A DNA stretch of 33,177 bases from an uncultured bacterium (GCA_964586565.1 CAZPIF010000001.1:1-33177), one strand, 5' to 3'; positions 8,473 through 17,840 are shown, numbered from the stretch's first letter. The notes: generated from the letters alone by a model not told the origin. Numbers and translations are program-made.

Positions 8473-9528
8473 CTATTGTGTCTGATCCCAGTGGATATCC
8501 ATAGTGTGATATTGTGCTTTTCTACCTTTAGATATTGGTACAGTTAGTACATAGGATGCAGTTTGACCTGGTTTTAGTGCTGTGTCTGCAACAACATTTG
8601 ATTCATATGCAATGCGGGTACCTTTCACAAAAACTGAATCGCTCCCTGTAATGGTTGTTGTTTGATCAAATAGGTTCCCTATTACTCTAACAAAATCTGC
8701 TCTAATTTGCCCAATGTTTTTTACTCTGCCTGAAAAAATTTGTTTGTCAGGATAAAAATCAATAAATGGGTCACCTAAAAAAATTACTTTAGGACCAGGT
8801 TTTTCTAACTCACTCATACGGACAACCATTTCTTTTTTTATTACGAGGGTCCCTATTTGTGTTTTTAATGTTAATGTGGAATCAGATTCTTGCAAAAGTT
8901 CACCAGAAACAACTGTGCCATTTTGTAGTTCTACTCGATGTTGATAGTCTGGAACTTTTATCATCTCTAAAAGCTCTCTACTGACATTTGGCATGGTTTG
9001 TCCCTTTTGGTAACCCTTGACCACGCTTTTAAGAGAATCTATTTCTGTTTCTAGTGCTTTAAGATTTGATTTATATTCAAAAAAAAGATCATCAAACTTT
9101 AATTTTTGATTTTCAGATTTTTGCCGTTGTTCAGGTAAGATGTTTAATGGTGGAGTGGGGGAATTATCTTGATTTAATTCGGATAATTCAAATTCTGCAT
9201 CATCATTAGAATATTGTATCTTTAAATCTAAATCTTTTTTTGAAAGTGAAAACTTTGTTTCGATTAAACCCTCTTCTTTGTGCTTACTAATAAGTAGATA
9301 GGACCCAGCTGGTATTTTTTTGAATTTAAATTCACCATTTTTCTTTGTCTTTCCCGAACTAACTTTTCCTCCACTATCATTAAGTATGGTGAGCTTAACT
9401 TTTTTTAATCCATCTCCATTTTTATTTACAACTATCCCTGTCAGAGTAAACTTTGTTTTTGCTTTACCTTGTTTACCTACAGCAAATACAATACTAAAAA
9501 AAAGAAGATATGATAAAAATCTAATCAT
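8473..9528 (-). CDS. Secreted hypothetical protein: CarboxypepD_reg-like beta-sandwich + coiled coil + C-terminal beta domain
   Basis: I moved the start to the internal ATG at 9528 (MIRFLSYLLFFSIVFA is a signal peptide). The track's 26-codon extension would run deep into the upstream gene. TLTGIVVNKNGDGLKKVKLTIL...NGEFKFKKIPAGSYLL is CarboxypepD_reg-like. Function unknown. Confidence 0.6.
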   Translation of the reverse strand: MIRFLSYLLFFSIVFAVGKQGKAKTKFTLTGIVVNKNGDGLKKVKLTILNDSGGKVSSGKTKKNGEFKFKKIPAGSYLLISKHKEEGLIETKFSLSKKDLDLKIQYSNDDAEFELSELNQDNSPTPPLNILPEQRQKSENQKLKFDDLFFEYKSNLKALETEIDSLKSVVKGYQKGQTMPNVSRELLEMIKVPDYQHRVELQNGTVVSGELLQESDSTLTLKTQIGTLVIKKEMVVRMSELEKPGPKVIFLGDPFIDFYPDKQIFSGRVKNIGQIRADFVRVIGNLFDQTTTITGSDSVFVKGTRIAYESNVVADTALKPGQTASYVLTVPISKGRKAQYHTMDIHWDQTQ

Positions 9529-10654
9529 GTTCTCGTCTAGAAAAATGTGCCTTGTAGGCCATGCGACGTACTGATTCAGCATTTTTCTTTTCTTCTCCAA
9601 GGGCATATACCATATTTATGATGTTATCATAATAAATATAATTATCTTTATTCTCGAGCATAGGTAATAGTCCTTCAACAACTGTAGGGTCGTCAAATGC
9701 TGCAAGATTGTCGATTGCTTTTTTCCTTATATCGATAGGATAATCATTACTATGTGCAATCTCAATAACTGCTTTTTTAACTTCAGGGTCATCGAATTCA
9801 CCAAGCGCAGCCAACATGGTATTTAACAGGCTATAATATTGGGTTTTACCCATATTGTATGTATTGAGTAGAGCTAAAACTAGGTTCTCTTCCTTCACTC
9901 CCTTCATCGTGTTGAGTGCAAATTCTCTTACCTCAAGATTTGTATTTGGATCTCCAAGTAATTCAGCAAAAGCAATAGCAACATCATCAGGGTTTTTTTT
10001 ACCTAATATTTCAACAGCTTTATTTCGTATGCCTATATTTATTTTTGGGTCCCTAGCGACAGAGGTTAGGACTGGTACAACCTGATCACTACCAATTGCC
10101 CCAAGAGTCTCGGTAAGTAATTTTTCTGTTCTGGCCATATTGCTCTTAGCAACTTCATATAAATCTAGCAGTGCAAGGATTTGATCTTTTGTTCGAACTC
10201 GATTAAGACTTTTTACAAGTGAAATATGTACTTCATTTGTTCTTTTTTCCATAGTGTGCATTGATCTTAAAAGAGCAGCGGAAGCTTTTGGATTTTCTTT
10301 AAAGAATCCTAGCATATTAATTGACTCGTTTAACAATGTATAATCTACAGCTGTAGTTGTTGCTACCATTTCTGATATAGAATGTAGTGCTCTAGGATGC
10401 TGAGTTTGTGCCAGTGTTTTTCCTGCCGCAACACGAAGTTTGACGTGTAAGTCTTCGTTTTCATAAACATTTATTAATTCATCAAGTGCTCTGACATTCC
10501 CTCCTCGATAGGCGCTTTTCAATTCTTGAACGGTATTAAGGAAATCAGGATCGTTAGGGTCACCAATCGATTTTTTTCCTAATAATCCTTTTATGGTGGA
10601 ACAGCTTTGAATCACTAGAAGAGAGCAAAATACAATTATTATGTTTTTAATCAT
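9521..10654 (-). CDS. HEAT/PBS-lyase-repeat lipoprotein
   Basis: Start placed at ATG 10654 (MIKNIIIVFCSLLVIQSC gives a signal peptide plus lipobox Cys). It has repeated helical units of the type ...VR..A...LG..(D/N)P....L. It overlaps both neighbouring genes by 8 nt (ATGATTAA / ATGATTAG). Confidence 0.7.
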   Translation of the reverse strand: MIKNIIIVFCSLLVIQSCSTIKGLLGKKSIGDPNDPDFLNTVQELKSAYRGGNVRALDELINVYENEDLHVKLRVAAGKTLAQTQHPRALHSISEMVATTTAVDYTLLNESINMLGFFKENPKASAALLRSMHTMEKRTNEVHISLVKSLNRVRTKDQILALLDLYEVAKSNMARTEKLLTETLGAIGSDQVVPVLTSVARDPKINIGIRNKAVEILGKKNPDDVAIAFAELLGDPNTNLEVREFALNTMKGVKEENLVLALLNTYNMGKTQYYSLLNTMLAALGEFDDPEVKKAVIEIAHSNDYPIDIRKKAIDNLAAFDDPTVVEGLLPMLENKDNYIYYDNIINMVYALGEEKKNAESVRRMAYKAHFSRREHD

Positions 10655-11387
10655 TTTCCTCCCATAGTTCAAAAAAAAGGTCTTTACCATCAAATACCGC
10701 GTAAGAAGGCCGAAAGAACCAGTCTCCTAAAATAGCTAATTTACCGTTATTAATTGTATACATTTCACCCAGATGATAATGACCTGATATCATATAGTCA
10801 AAGCCATTATCAAACTTTTTTTCTGCAAATTTTTGGAGTTCTTTTCGAATATCATTATCAAATTCAGATTCATTAGTTGATCGTTTTCCACTTTTTGAAA
10901 TGTAATTCGCAATTTTGTACGCTATAGTGGGGTGTAGCCATTTGAAAAGTTGGACAAAGAGCTTTGATCGTGTTATAGTTTTCAACAATCGATATCCATG
11001 ATCCCAACTTAGGATCCCATCCCCATGTGTTATGTAAAATTTCTTGCCATTAATCTCAATACTATGATCATTAAGATATACTTCATCCATTACTTCATTT
11101 TTTATATAATCTCCTACCCAATAGTCGTGGTTGCCAGCAAGAAAATATAAGCTTATTCCATCGTCTTTCAGTTCTTTGGCTTTACTATAGAAATCGGAAT
11201 ATGATTTAGGTATTAAGTGGGGGTACTCAAAATAAAAATCAAATAGATCGCCTACAAAAAAACATGTTCCTCTATTATCTTTTATTATATCTAATAGGCG
11301 ATAAAGTTTTTCTCTTCGTTTTTTTTCAGCGCCATCATAGGATAGCCTTAAATGGATATCAGAAATAAAATAGACAGGTGTATTCAT
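10647..11387 (-). CDS. lpxH: UDP-2,3-diacylglucosamine diphosphatase (LpxH-type metallophosphoesterase)
   Basis: The calcineurin-like motifs occur in LpxH order: FISDIHL, VGDLFD, AGNHDYW, ITHGDG, ISGHYH. Length (246 aa) and overall collinearity match E. coli LpxH by eye. A related lipid phosphoesterase role (PlcP-like) cannot be excluded. Confidence 0.75.
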   Translation of the reverse strand: MNTPVYFISDIHLRLSYDGAEKKRREKLYRLLDIIKDNRGTCFFVGDLFDFYFEYPHLIPKSYSDFYSKAKELKDDGISLYFLAGNHDYWVGDYIKNEVMDEVYLNDHSIEINGKKFYITHGDGILSWDHGYRLLKTITRSKLFVQLFKWLHPTIAYKIANYISKSGKRSTNESEFDNDIRKELQKFAEKKFDNGFDYMISGHYHLGEMYTINNGKLAILGDWFFRPSYAVFDGKDLFFELWEEND

Positions 11388-11478
11388 ATAGGTCGAAACT
11401 TAACTGAGTATTTGGGTTGCAATAAAAATTATTTTTGAACAAAGTGATATTTTCATTTTATAGATATACTGTTAATAA

Positions 11479-11493
11479 ATGGTAAATTACCAT
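11479..11493. promoter_or_regulatory. Perfect 15-bp palindrome ATGGTAAATTACCAT in the divergent lpxH / giant-OMP intergenic region
   Basis: Read directly: 7-bp arms containing G/C positions around a single central nucleotide. It sits within the 272-bp divergent promoter region. This makes it a candidate dimeric-regulator operator. Confidence 0.2.
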
Positions 11494-11659
11494 AATATTC
11501 ATGATAACACCTTCAGAATTCTAGTTTGAGTAATAAAAGATTTTAACATAATTATAATGGTGAAATTATCTAAATTTGTTCAAGTATTATTTTTTAACAA
11601 TTACATTTAATAAGAAAAATGGAATTCATAATCACCAAATGTATACATATCAATATTTT

Positions 11660-14600
11660 ATGAAGATAAAATTATTATTAATAATTCTTTTTATTTCGGG
11701 GTTAAATGCTCAGTCCTTTGGACAAAATAAAGTTCAATATATTGATTTTGATTGGAATTATATACAAACGCCTCATTTTGATATTTATTACTATAATGAC
11801 CAAATAAAACTAGCTGAATTTGCTGCAGAGGTTGCTGAGGCATCTTATGAGCAAATATCTATTCATTTAAGATGGGACTTAAAAAGACGTGTTTCAATCA
11901 TGGTTTATAATTCTCATAATGAGTTTCAACAAACAAACATTGTACAAACTTATATGCGTGAAGGTGTAGGAGGTGTTACAGAATTATTTAAAAATAGAGT
12001 TGTTTTTCCATTTGAGGGAAACTACGAACAGTTTCGCCATGTCATTCACCATGAATTAGTTCATGCTATGATCAATGATATGGTTTATGGCGGTAGAATG
12101 CAAAATGTTGTGTCAAGTAGAACAAAAATTCGAGTCCCCATATGGTCTAATGAAGGTCTTGCTGAATATTTGAGCTCGGATTGGGATACAAAAGCTGATA
12201 TGATAATGAGAGATATATCTGTTCATGAACGCATGCCGTCAGTAAAAGAATTGAATTACTTTATGGCCTATAAAGGCGGACAATCTCTTTGGCGTTTCAT
12301 ATCAGGTAAATATGGAAGGGAAAAGATTGGAGATATTTTTAGATCAATGAAGAGGACTCAAAACGATCAAAAAGGTTATGAAAGCGCGCTTGGTATGAAT
12401 TATGATGATTTAACAAAGCAATGGCATAAATACCTAAAAAAAGAGTATTGGCCTGATGTTAAAGACCGCGACCCCATTGAGGACATATCCGAAAGATTAA
12501 CAGATCATAAAAAATCCAATAATTTTTATAATGTAAGTCCATCTATTTCTCCAGATGGTAGTATGGTGGCAGTTTTAACAGATGAAAATGGTTATTTTGA
12601 TATACACATATTGGATGCTATGACTGGTAAGAGAATAAAGAAGTTGGTAAAAGGCAATCGCACCGTTGATTTTGAAGAATTAAAATGGCTTCAGCCCGGT
12701 ATATCTTGGTCGCCTAACAGTAAAAAAATCGTTTTAGCAGCAAAAGCGGGTAAGGGAGATGTATTACATATTATTGATGTAGACACTAGAAAGAGTAAAA
12801 AATATGAGATTGGCATGGATGCAGTTTTTTCAGCATCATGGAATCCTAAAAAAAATGAAATTGCATTCATTGGACAGTCTGGAATCTCTAGCGATGTTTA
12901 TATATTTAATTTAGACGATGAATCCATAGGAAAAATAACAAACGATATATTTTCTGATGCTTATCCATCTTGGAATAATGAAGGAACAGAAATTGTGTTC
13001 GTTTCTGATAGAGGAGATAATGTAAAAGGGGATTATGAAAATTCTATGTTCAACCATGATTATGGCCAAACAGACATATATATAGTTAACAGCAATAGCA
13101 AAGAAATAAGAAGAGTTACAAATACTAAACACAATGAATCTCATCCTGTTTGGGCAAATACTAGTAATTCTTTATTTTATACTGCTGATTATAATGGTGT
13201 GTGGAATCTTTTTGTACACCCACTAGACGATTTTTCTAAATCTGAAGCACACCTATTGCAGCCATATCCAATCACAAATGTCCTAACCGGTCTTCAGCAA
13301 CCAACAATAAGCAAAGATGATAAAACTTTAATTTTTGCTGGTTATTCAGGAATAGGTTGGGATTTATATAGTTTGGCTAATCCTCTAAAATTAAAAAAGA
13401 AATCAGTAGAGCCCACTCAATTCATTCTCAACAAGGAAGAGGAGTCTGTAAATAATATAATTACAGATCTAAGGAAACATAAGTCAATCGTAAAAGATGA
13501 TAGAATTGAAGAGGGAAACTATTCTAACTGGATTTTTGCTGGTGGATATCAGCATTATAATTCAGTAATTGATGATGCTGATACCGCAGAGGAACTTATT
13601 TCTTTAGACTCTGCTAAAGTGGATGGTCAGTACATTCCAAAAACATATAAAACAAGATTCACTCTAGATTTAGTTAGTGGTAATCTCCAGATAAGCAATG
13701 TATTTGGCACAAGCGGAATGACATACTTTGCTTTCAGTGATATATTGGGTGATCACCAGATAGCTTTTGGGACTGAAATGGTGTTAACTCTTGAAAACAG
13801 TGATTACTTCTTCCAATATGGCTATTTAAAAAATAAGATGGATTATTATTTTACTGCATTTCAAAATGCAAACTTTTTTTCGGTTGATTATTGGTCAATT
13901 GGTCGCTTAAGGCACTACGGATTACAAGGTACAGTATCGCAACCATTTAGTCGTTTTCAAAGGCTTGATTATGGTTTTTCATGGCATAATATAAATTATT
14001 CTATATTAGAGCAGGGTCTAAATAATTTTGGTCAAGCTGAATACTCACAAACATATTCGTCAACGTATTCCACCATTCTACCAAGACTAAGTTGGGTATA
14101 TGATAATTCAGTTTTTGGTTTTACTGGTCCAGTAGATGGGTTCAGACAAAATACAACAATTACTGCTAGTCCTGGTTATGGTTCTAATAATTTAGAATTT
14201 CAAACAGTAAAATCTGATATAAGAAAATACTGGAGAATTGGGAAAAATTATACATTTGCTGTTCGTGCATTTTTAGGTAAGAGTCTTGGAAATGATAAAC
14301 AAAATTTCTTCCTTGGGGGGGTACCTTACCTCTTAGGAGGAGGTGGTGAAACAAATGGGGTAAAAGATAATAGTAATTTTAGGGAAGTAATATTAGATAC
14401 TTCAAACGCAACGCTTATTCATGATGTCTATTTTACAGAATATGCTTGGCCTCTAAGAGGTGCGCGTTTTGGAGAAAGGTTTGGTAATAATGCTTCTTTA
14501 TTTAATTTAGAAATCAGGTTTCCATTTATAAATTATCTTGCTCTGGGTTTTCCTTTAAAAATGATTTTTGGCAATATTCGGGGCCATGCCTTTATGGATA

Positions 14601-14824
14601 TTGGTGCTACCTGGAATAGTCCTAAAGAGTTTAATACAAGAACTTGGCCAGATAGGTATGGATCAAATGATCTAGGGAATTATTCTCCATGGGTTACAAC
14701 AGCTGGACTTGGGACAAAGATAAATCTAGGATATTTTTTATTAAAAATAGAAATGGCCTGGGATAAAAATCCAAATGGATACTCCAAACCTCAATGGTAT
14801 TTTTCTTTGGGTCCTGACTGGTAA
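11660..14824 (+). CDS. Giant outer-membrane fusion protein: HExxH (MA-clan-like) domain + TolB-like PD40 beta-propeller + Omp85/surface-antigen-type beta-barrel
   Basis: Start moved to ATG 11660 (MKIKLLLIILFISGLNAQ signal peptide). HHELVH lies at 12047-12064 (the HExxH core is 12050-12064). There are at least 6 PD40-like repeats (SPSISPDGSMVAV, SWSPNSKKIVLAA, SWNPKKNEIAFIG, YPSWNNEGTEIVFVSDR, HPVWANTSNSLFYTAD, QPTISKDDKTLIFAG). The C-terminal half is beta-rich and ends ...WYFSLGPDW (aromatic terminal residue). Confidence 0.8.
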   Translation: MKIKLLLIILFISGLNAQSFGQNKVQYIDFDWNYIQTPHFDIYYYNDQIKLAEFAAEVAEASYEQISIHLRWDLKRRVSIMVYNSHNEFQQTNIVQTYMREGVGGVTELFKNRVVFPFEGNYEQFRHVIHHELVHAMINDMVYGGRMQNVVSSRTKIRVPIWSNEGLAEYLSSDWDTKADMIMRDISVHERMPSVKELNYFMAYKGGQSLWRFISGKYGREKIGDIFRSMKRTQNDQKGYESALGMNYDDLTKQWHKYLKKEYWPDVKDRDPIEDISERLTDHKKSNNFYNVSPSISPDGSMVAVLTDENGYFDIHILDAMTGKRIKKLVKGNRTVDFEELKWLQPGISWSPNSKKIVLAAKAGKGDVLHIIDVDTRKSKKYEIGMDAVFSASWNPKKNEIAFIGQSGISSDVYIFNLDDESIGKITNDIFSDAYPSWNNEGTEIVFVSDRGDNVKGDYENSMFNHDYGQTDIYIVNSNSKEIRRVTNTKHNESHPVWANTSNSLFYTADYNGVWNLFVHPLDDFSKSEAHLLQPYPITNVLTGLQQPTISKDDKTLIFAGYSGIGWDLYSLANPLKLKKKSVEPTQFILNKEEESVNNIITDLRKHKSIVKDDRIEEGNYSNWIFAGGYQHYNSVIDDADTAEELISLDSAKVDGQYIPKTYKTRFTLDLVSGNLQISNVFGTSGMTYFAFSDILGDHQIAFGTEMVLTLENSDYFFQYGYLKNKMDYYFTAFQNANFFSVDYWSIGRLRHYGLQGTVSQPFSRFQRLDYGFSWHNINYSILEQGLNNFGQAEYSQTYSSTYSTILPRLSWVYDNSVFGFTGPVDGFRQNTTITASPGYGSNNLEFQTVKSDIRKYWRIGKNYTFAVRAFLGKSLGNDKQNFFLGGVPYLLGGGGETNGVKDNSNFREVILDTSNATLIHDVYFTEYAWPLRGARFGERFGNNASLFNLEIRFPFINYLALGFPLKMIFGNIRGHAFMDIGATWNSPKEFNTRTWPDRYGSNDLGNYSPWVTTAGLGTKINLGYFLLKIEMAWDKNPNGYSKPQWYFSLGPDW

Positions 14825-14867
14825 GTATCCTTTCTGTAACTTATTTATATAACAATATATCATAATT

Positions 14868-16220
14868 ATGGCAGTAAAAAATAATAAAATAGCATATTTA
14901 TGTAATGCCTGTGGAGATGATTTTGCAAAATGGAATGGTCAGTGTCCTTCATGCAAAGAATGGGGCTCTCTATCAGAGTTTAAAAAGTATAAAAGTAAAA
15001 AAATAAAACTGAATAAAAGAGAATCAAGCTCTTTAAATGAAATTCTAAATGCGGATCCTGGGGTACGATCGAGTACTGGTTTAAATGAGGTCGATAGAGT
15101 GCTTGGAGGGGGACTACTGCCCGGATCATTGATTCTTTTAGGGGGTAACCCCGGTGTTGGAAAGTCAACATTAGCTTTACATATTTGTTCTGGATTACAA
15201 AAGAAATCTCTTTACATATCTGCAGAAGAGAGCGAGCAACAAGTCGCTCTAAGGGCAAAAAGGTTAAACATATCACCAGAAAATTTATTTCTTTCTGGGG
15301 AGAATGATTTAGAGGGAATATTTTTCCATCTAGAACGCGTTGATCCTGAAATTTTGATTATTGATTCTATTCAGACTATTATGAATTCAGAGCTTGATTC
15401 ATTGCCTGGATCACCAAGTCAGATTCGTGATTGTGGACAAAAATTATTAGAACAAGCCAAACTAAAAAATGTATCGATATTAATAGTTGGGCATGTCACT
15501 AAGGAAGGTACAATTGCTGGACCTAAGATGCTCGAACATATGGTAGATACGGTCCTTTATATGGAGGGAGATGATAGATATAATCATCGTATGTTGAGAT
15601 CAGAGAAGAATAGATTTGGTGCAACTCATGAAGTGGGAATATTTCAAATGAGTGAGAAAGGTCTTGAAGAAATCAAAAACCCTTCTGAAATGTTTTTAGC
15701 AGAACGTAGCACAGATATTGCTGGTACAACTATATACCCTTCGCTTGAAGGAACTCGTCCGATTCTTGTAGAGGTGCAGGCTTTAGTTACTAATGCTAAT
15801 TATGGTACACCTCAGCGCAATTCAAATGGTTTTGATTATAAAAGATTGAATATGTTAATTGCTGTATTAGAAAAAAGAATGGGTCTTCCTATGGGCAATA
15901 AAGATGTTTTTATTAATTTGGTAGGCGGACTTAAAATCGATGATCCAGCTCTAGACTTAGCAATTATTTCTTCAATCGCTTCAAGTATAATGGATAAAAC
16001 TGTAGATAAGAGTATTGTATTATGTGGGGAAGTTGGCTTAGCAGGAGAAGTACGTTCAATAAATCGTATTAGACATCGATTAAGTGAAGCAAAGTCCCTA
16101 GGGTTTCAAGTTGCACTAGTTCCATCTTCAAGCATCAATAAAAATATAGATAAATTAAGTTTAGGTATGCAATTGAAACCAGTTGACCATGTCAAGGATG
16201 CATTTAAATTATTATTTTAG
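14868..16220 (+). CDS. radA: DNA repair protein RadA/Sms
   Basis: C4 zinc finger CNACGDDFAKWNGQCPSC, Walker A GNPGVGKST, RadA-specific KNRFG motif, and a Lon-like C-terminal domain. Confidence 0.95.
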   Translation: MAVKNNKIAYLCNACGDDFAKWNGQCPSCKEWGSLSEFKKYKSKKIKLNKRESSSLNEILNADPGVRSSTGLNEVDRVLGGGLLPGSLILLGGNPGVGKSTLALHICSGLQKKSLYISAEESEQQVALRAKRLNISPENLFLSGENDLEGIFFHLERVDPEILIIDSIQTIMNSELDSLPGSPSQIRDCGQKLLEQAKLKNVSILIVGHVTKEGTIAGPKMLEHMVDTVLYMEGDDRYNHRMLRSEKNRFGATHEVGIFQMSEKGLEEIKNPSEMFLAERSTDIAGTTIYPSLEGTRPILVEVQALVTNANYGTPQRNSNGFDYKRLNMLIAVLEKRMGLPMGNKDVFINLVGGLKIDDPALDLAIISSIASSIMDKTVDKSIVLCGEVGLAGEVRSINRIRHRLSEAKSLGFQVALVPSSSINKNIDKLSLGMQLKPVDHVKDAFKLLF

Positions 16221-16226
16221 TCTTTT

Positions 16227-17360
16227 TTGAAATTTACAATAAATAAGATTAACCCAAATTCCAGAGCCCGACTAGGGATTTTAGAAACTAATCATGGCGA
16301 CATAGAAACCCCAGTATTCATGCCTGTAGGTACAGCAGGCTCTGTGAAAACAATGAGCCCTGATGAACTTGAAAAAATTGATTTTAAAATAATTCTTGGG
16401 AATACATATCATTTATATTTGAGGCCTGGTACTAAAATTATTAAAGAAGCTAGAGGTTTACATAAATTTATATCTTGGCAAAGACCAATTTTAACAGACA
16501 GTGGTGGTTTTCAGGTTTTTTCTCTTTCTAAATTAAATAAAATATCAGATGATGGAGTTGAATTCAAATCACATTTAGATGGTAGCAGACATATGTTCAC
16601 TCCAGAAAAATCTATGGAAATTCAGAGAGCGTTAGGATCTGATATAATAATGGCATTTGATGATTGTCCACCAGGAAATTCAGATTATGAGACTCTGAAA
16701 AATTCTGTTAAAAGGACAACAAACTGGATGTTGCGTTGCTCATCATGGCTAAGACAGAATCCAGAGTATTATGACCATGAACAAATAATATTTCCTATAG
16801 TCCAGGGTGGTGTTGATAAAAACCTTAGAAAAATGAGTATTGAACAATTAGTTGGTGAATCATCATGTGGAATGGCTATTGGTGGACTTGCAGTTGGTGA
16901 GGAAAAGAATGCGATGTTAGATACTATAGAATTATGTGATACATTGCTTCCAGAAGACCAGCCTCGCTATTTGATGGGTGTAGGTAGGCCATCTGACCTA
17001 ATTGAATCTATAAAAAGAGGTGTCGATATGTTTGACTGCGTTATGCCAACTCGGAATGGAAGAAATGGTCATATTTTTACATCAAATGGGGTTATCAATA
17101 TTAAAAATGAAAAATTTAAAAATGACCATAATCCAATTGATATTCTTAGTTCTCATCCTTGGGGTCATTCTTTTTCGCGTGCCTATATTAGGCATTTATT
17201 TAGTATAAAAGAGATTCTTGGTTTAAGAATCGCCTCAACACTTAATCTGGTTTTCTATAATGATTTAATTACTGAAATAAGAAAGAATATTGAAAATAAT
17301 ACATTTGAAGATTGGGCGAAATTAACGCTAAATAAAATGTATCAGAATAAAGGGATGTAA
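16227..17360 (+). CDS. tgt: Queuine tRNA-ribosyltransferase (tRNA-guanine transglycosylase)
   Basis: Motifs FMPVGT, TDSGGFQV, GGLAVGE, LMGVGRP and CVMPTRNGRNG. TTG start at 16227. Confidence 0.95.
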   Translation: MKFTINKINPNSRARLGILETNHGDIETPVFMPVGTAGSVKTMSPDELEKIDFKIILGNTYHLYLRPGTKIIKEARGLHKFISWQRPILTDSGGFQVFSLSKLNKISDDGVEFKSHLDGSRHMFTPEKSMEIQRALGSDIIMAFDDCPPGNSDYETLKNSVKRTTNWMLRCSSWLRQNPEYYDHEQIIFPIVQGGVDKNLRKMSIEQLVGESSCGMAIGGLAVGEEKNAMLDTIELCDTLLPEDQPRYLMGVGRPSDLIESIKRGVDMFDCVMPTRNGRNGHIFTSNGVINIKNEKFKNDHNPIDILSSHPWGHSFSRAYIRHLFSIKEILGLRIASTLNLVFYNDLITEIRKNIENNTFEDWAKLTLNKMYQNKGM

Positions 17361-17821
17361 TGTCTCAAATTATTTCTAGAGTAATAGATGCTTACGTATT
17401 TAGAAAAACGAATGATGGTATCAATTTTCTACTATTAAAACGCGCAGAGACTAAAATCTATGAACACCTCTGGCAAGGAGTTGCGGGTAAGATAGAACCA
17501 GGTGAAACTGCTACAGAGGCCGCGGTTCGTGAATTAAAAGAAGAGACAGGCTTAGAACCTTTTAGAATGTTTGTAGCAGATCATGTTAGTAGGTTTTACG
17601 AGACTCATGGAGATAGAATTAATCTAGTTCCTGTTTTTGGGATTGAGGTTCGCGAGGAAAAAGTTATACTTTCAAAAGAGCATTGTGATTTTAAGTGGGT
17701 TGAATATGATAAAGCATTTAAAACTCTTGTTTGGAATGGCCAAAAAGAAGGAATTTCAGCAGTCTACAGTATGCTATTTTCAAAAGATGACCGTATAAAA
17801 TGGTCAAAGGTTTTATTATAA
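17360..17821 (+). CDS. NUDIX hydrolase
   Basis: Nudix box GKIEPGETATEAAVRELKEETGL. TAATG stop/start overlap with tgt. Confidence 0.85.
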   Translation: MSQIISRVIDAYVFRKTNDGINFLLLKRAETKIYEHLWQGVAGKIEPGETATEAAVRELKEETGLEPFRMFVADHVSRFYETHGDRINLVPVFGIEVREEKVILSKEHCDFKWVEYDKAFKTLVWNGQKEGISAVYSMLFSKDDRIKWSKVLL

Positions 17822-17840
17822 TATTGAATTGGAGATATTA

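Noticed and set aside
9529-9606. Longer N-terminal extensions given by the ORF track for 8473..9606, 9521..10693 and 11576..14824
   Set aside because: The extensions precede obvious signal peptides (MIRFLSYLLFF…, MIKNIIIVFCSLLVIQSC, MKIKLLLIILFISG…). For the two minus-strand genes they would also create long overlaps with the upstream genes. The internal ATGs give canonical exported-protein N-termini.
14315-14321. G7 homopolymer inside the giant outer-membrane protein gene as a phase-variation tract
   Set aside because: It is only 7 nt long and simply encodes Gly-Gly within a glycine-rich loop (FLGGVPYLLGGGGE). That is below the length at which poly-G switching is usually convincing, and no supporting evidence is visible.
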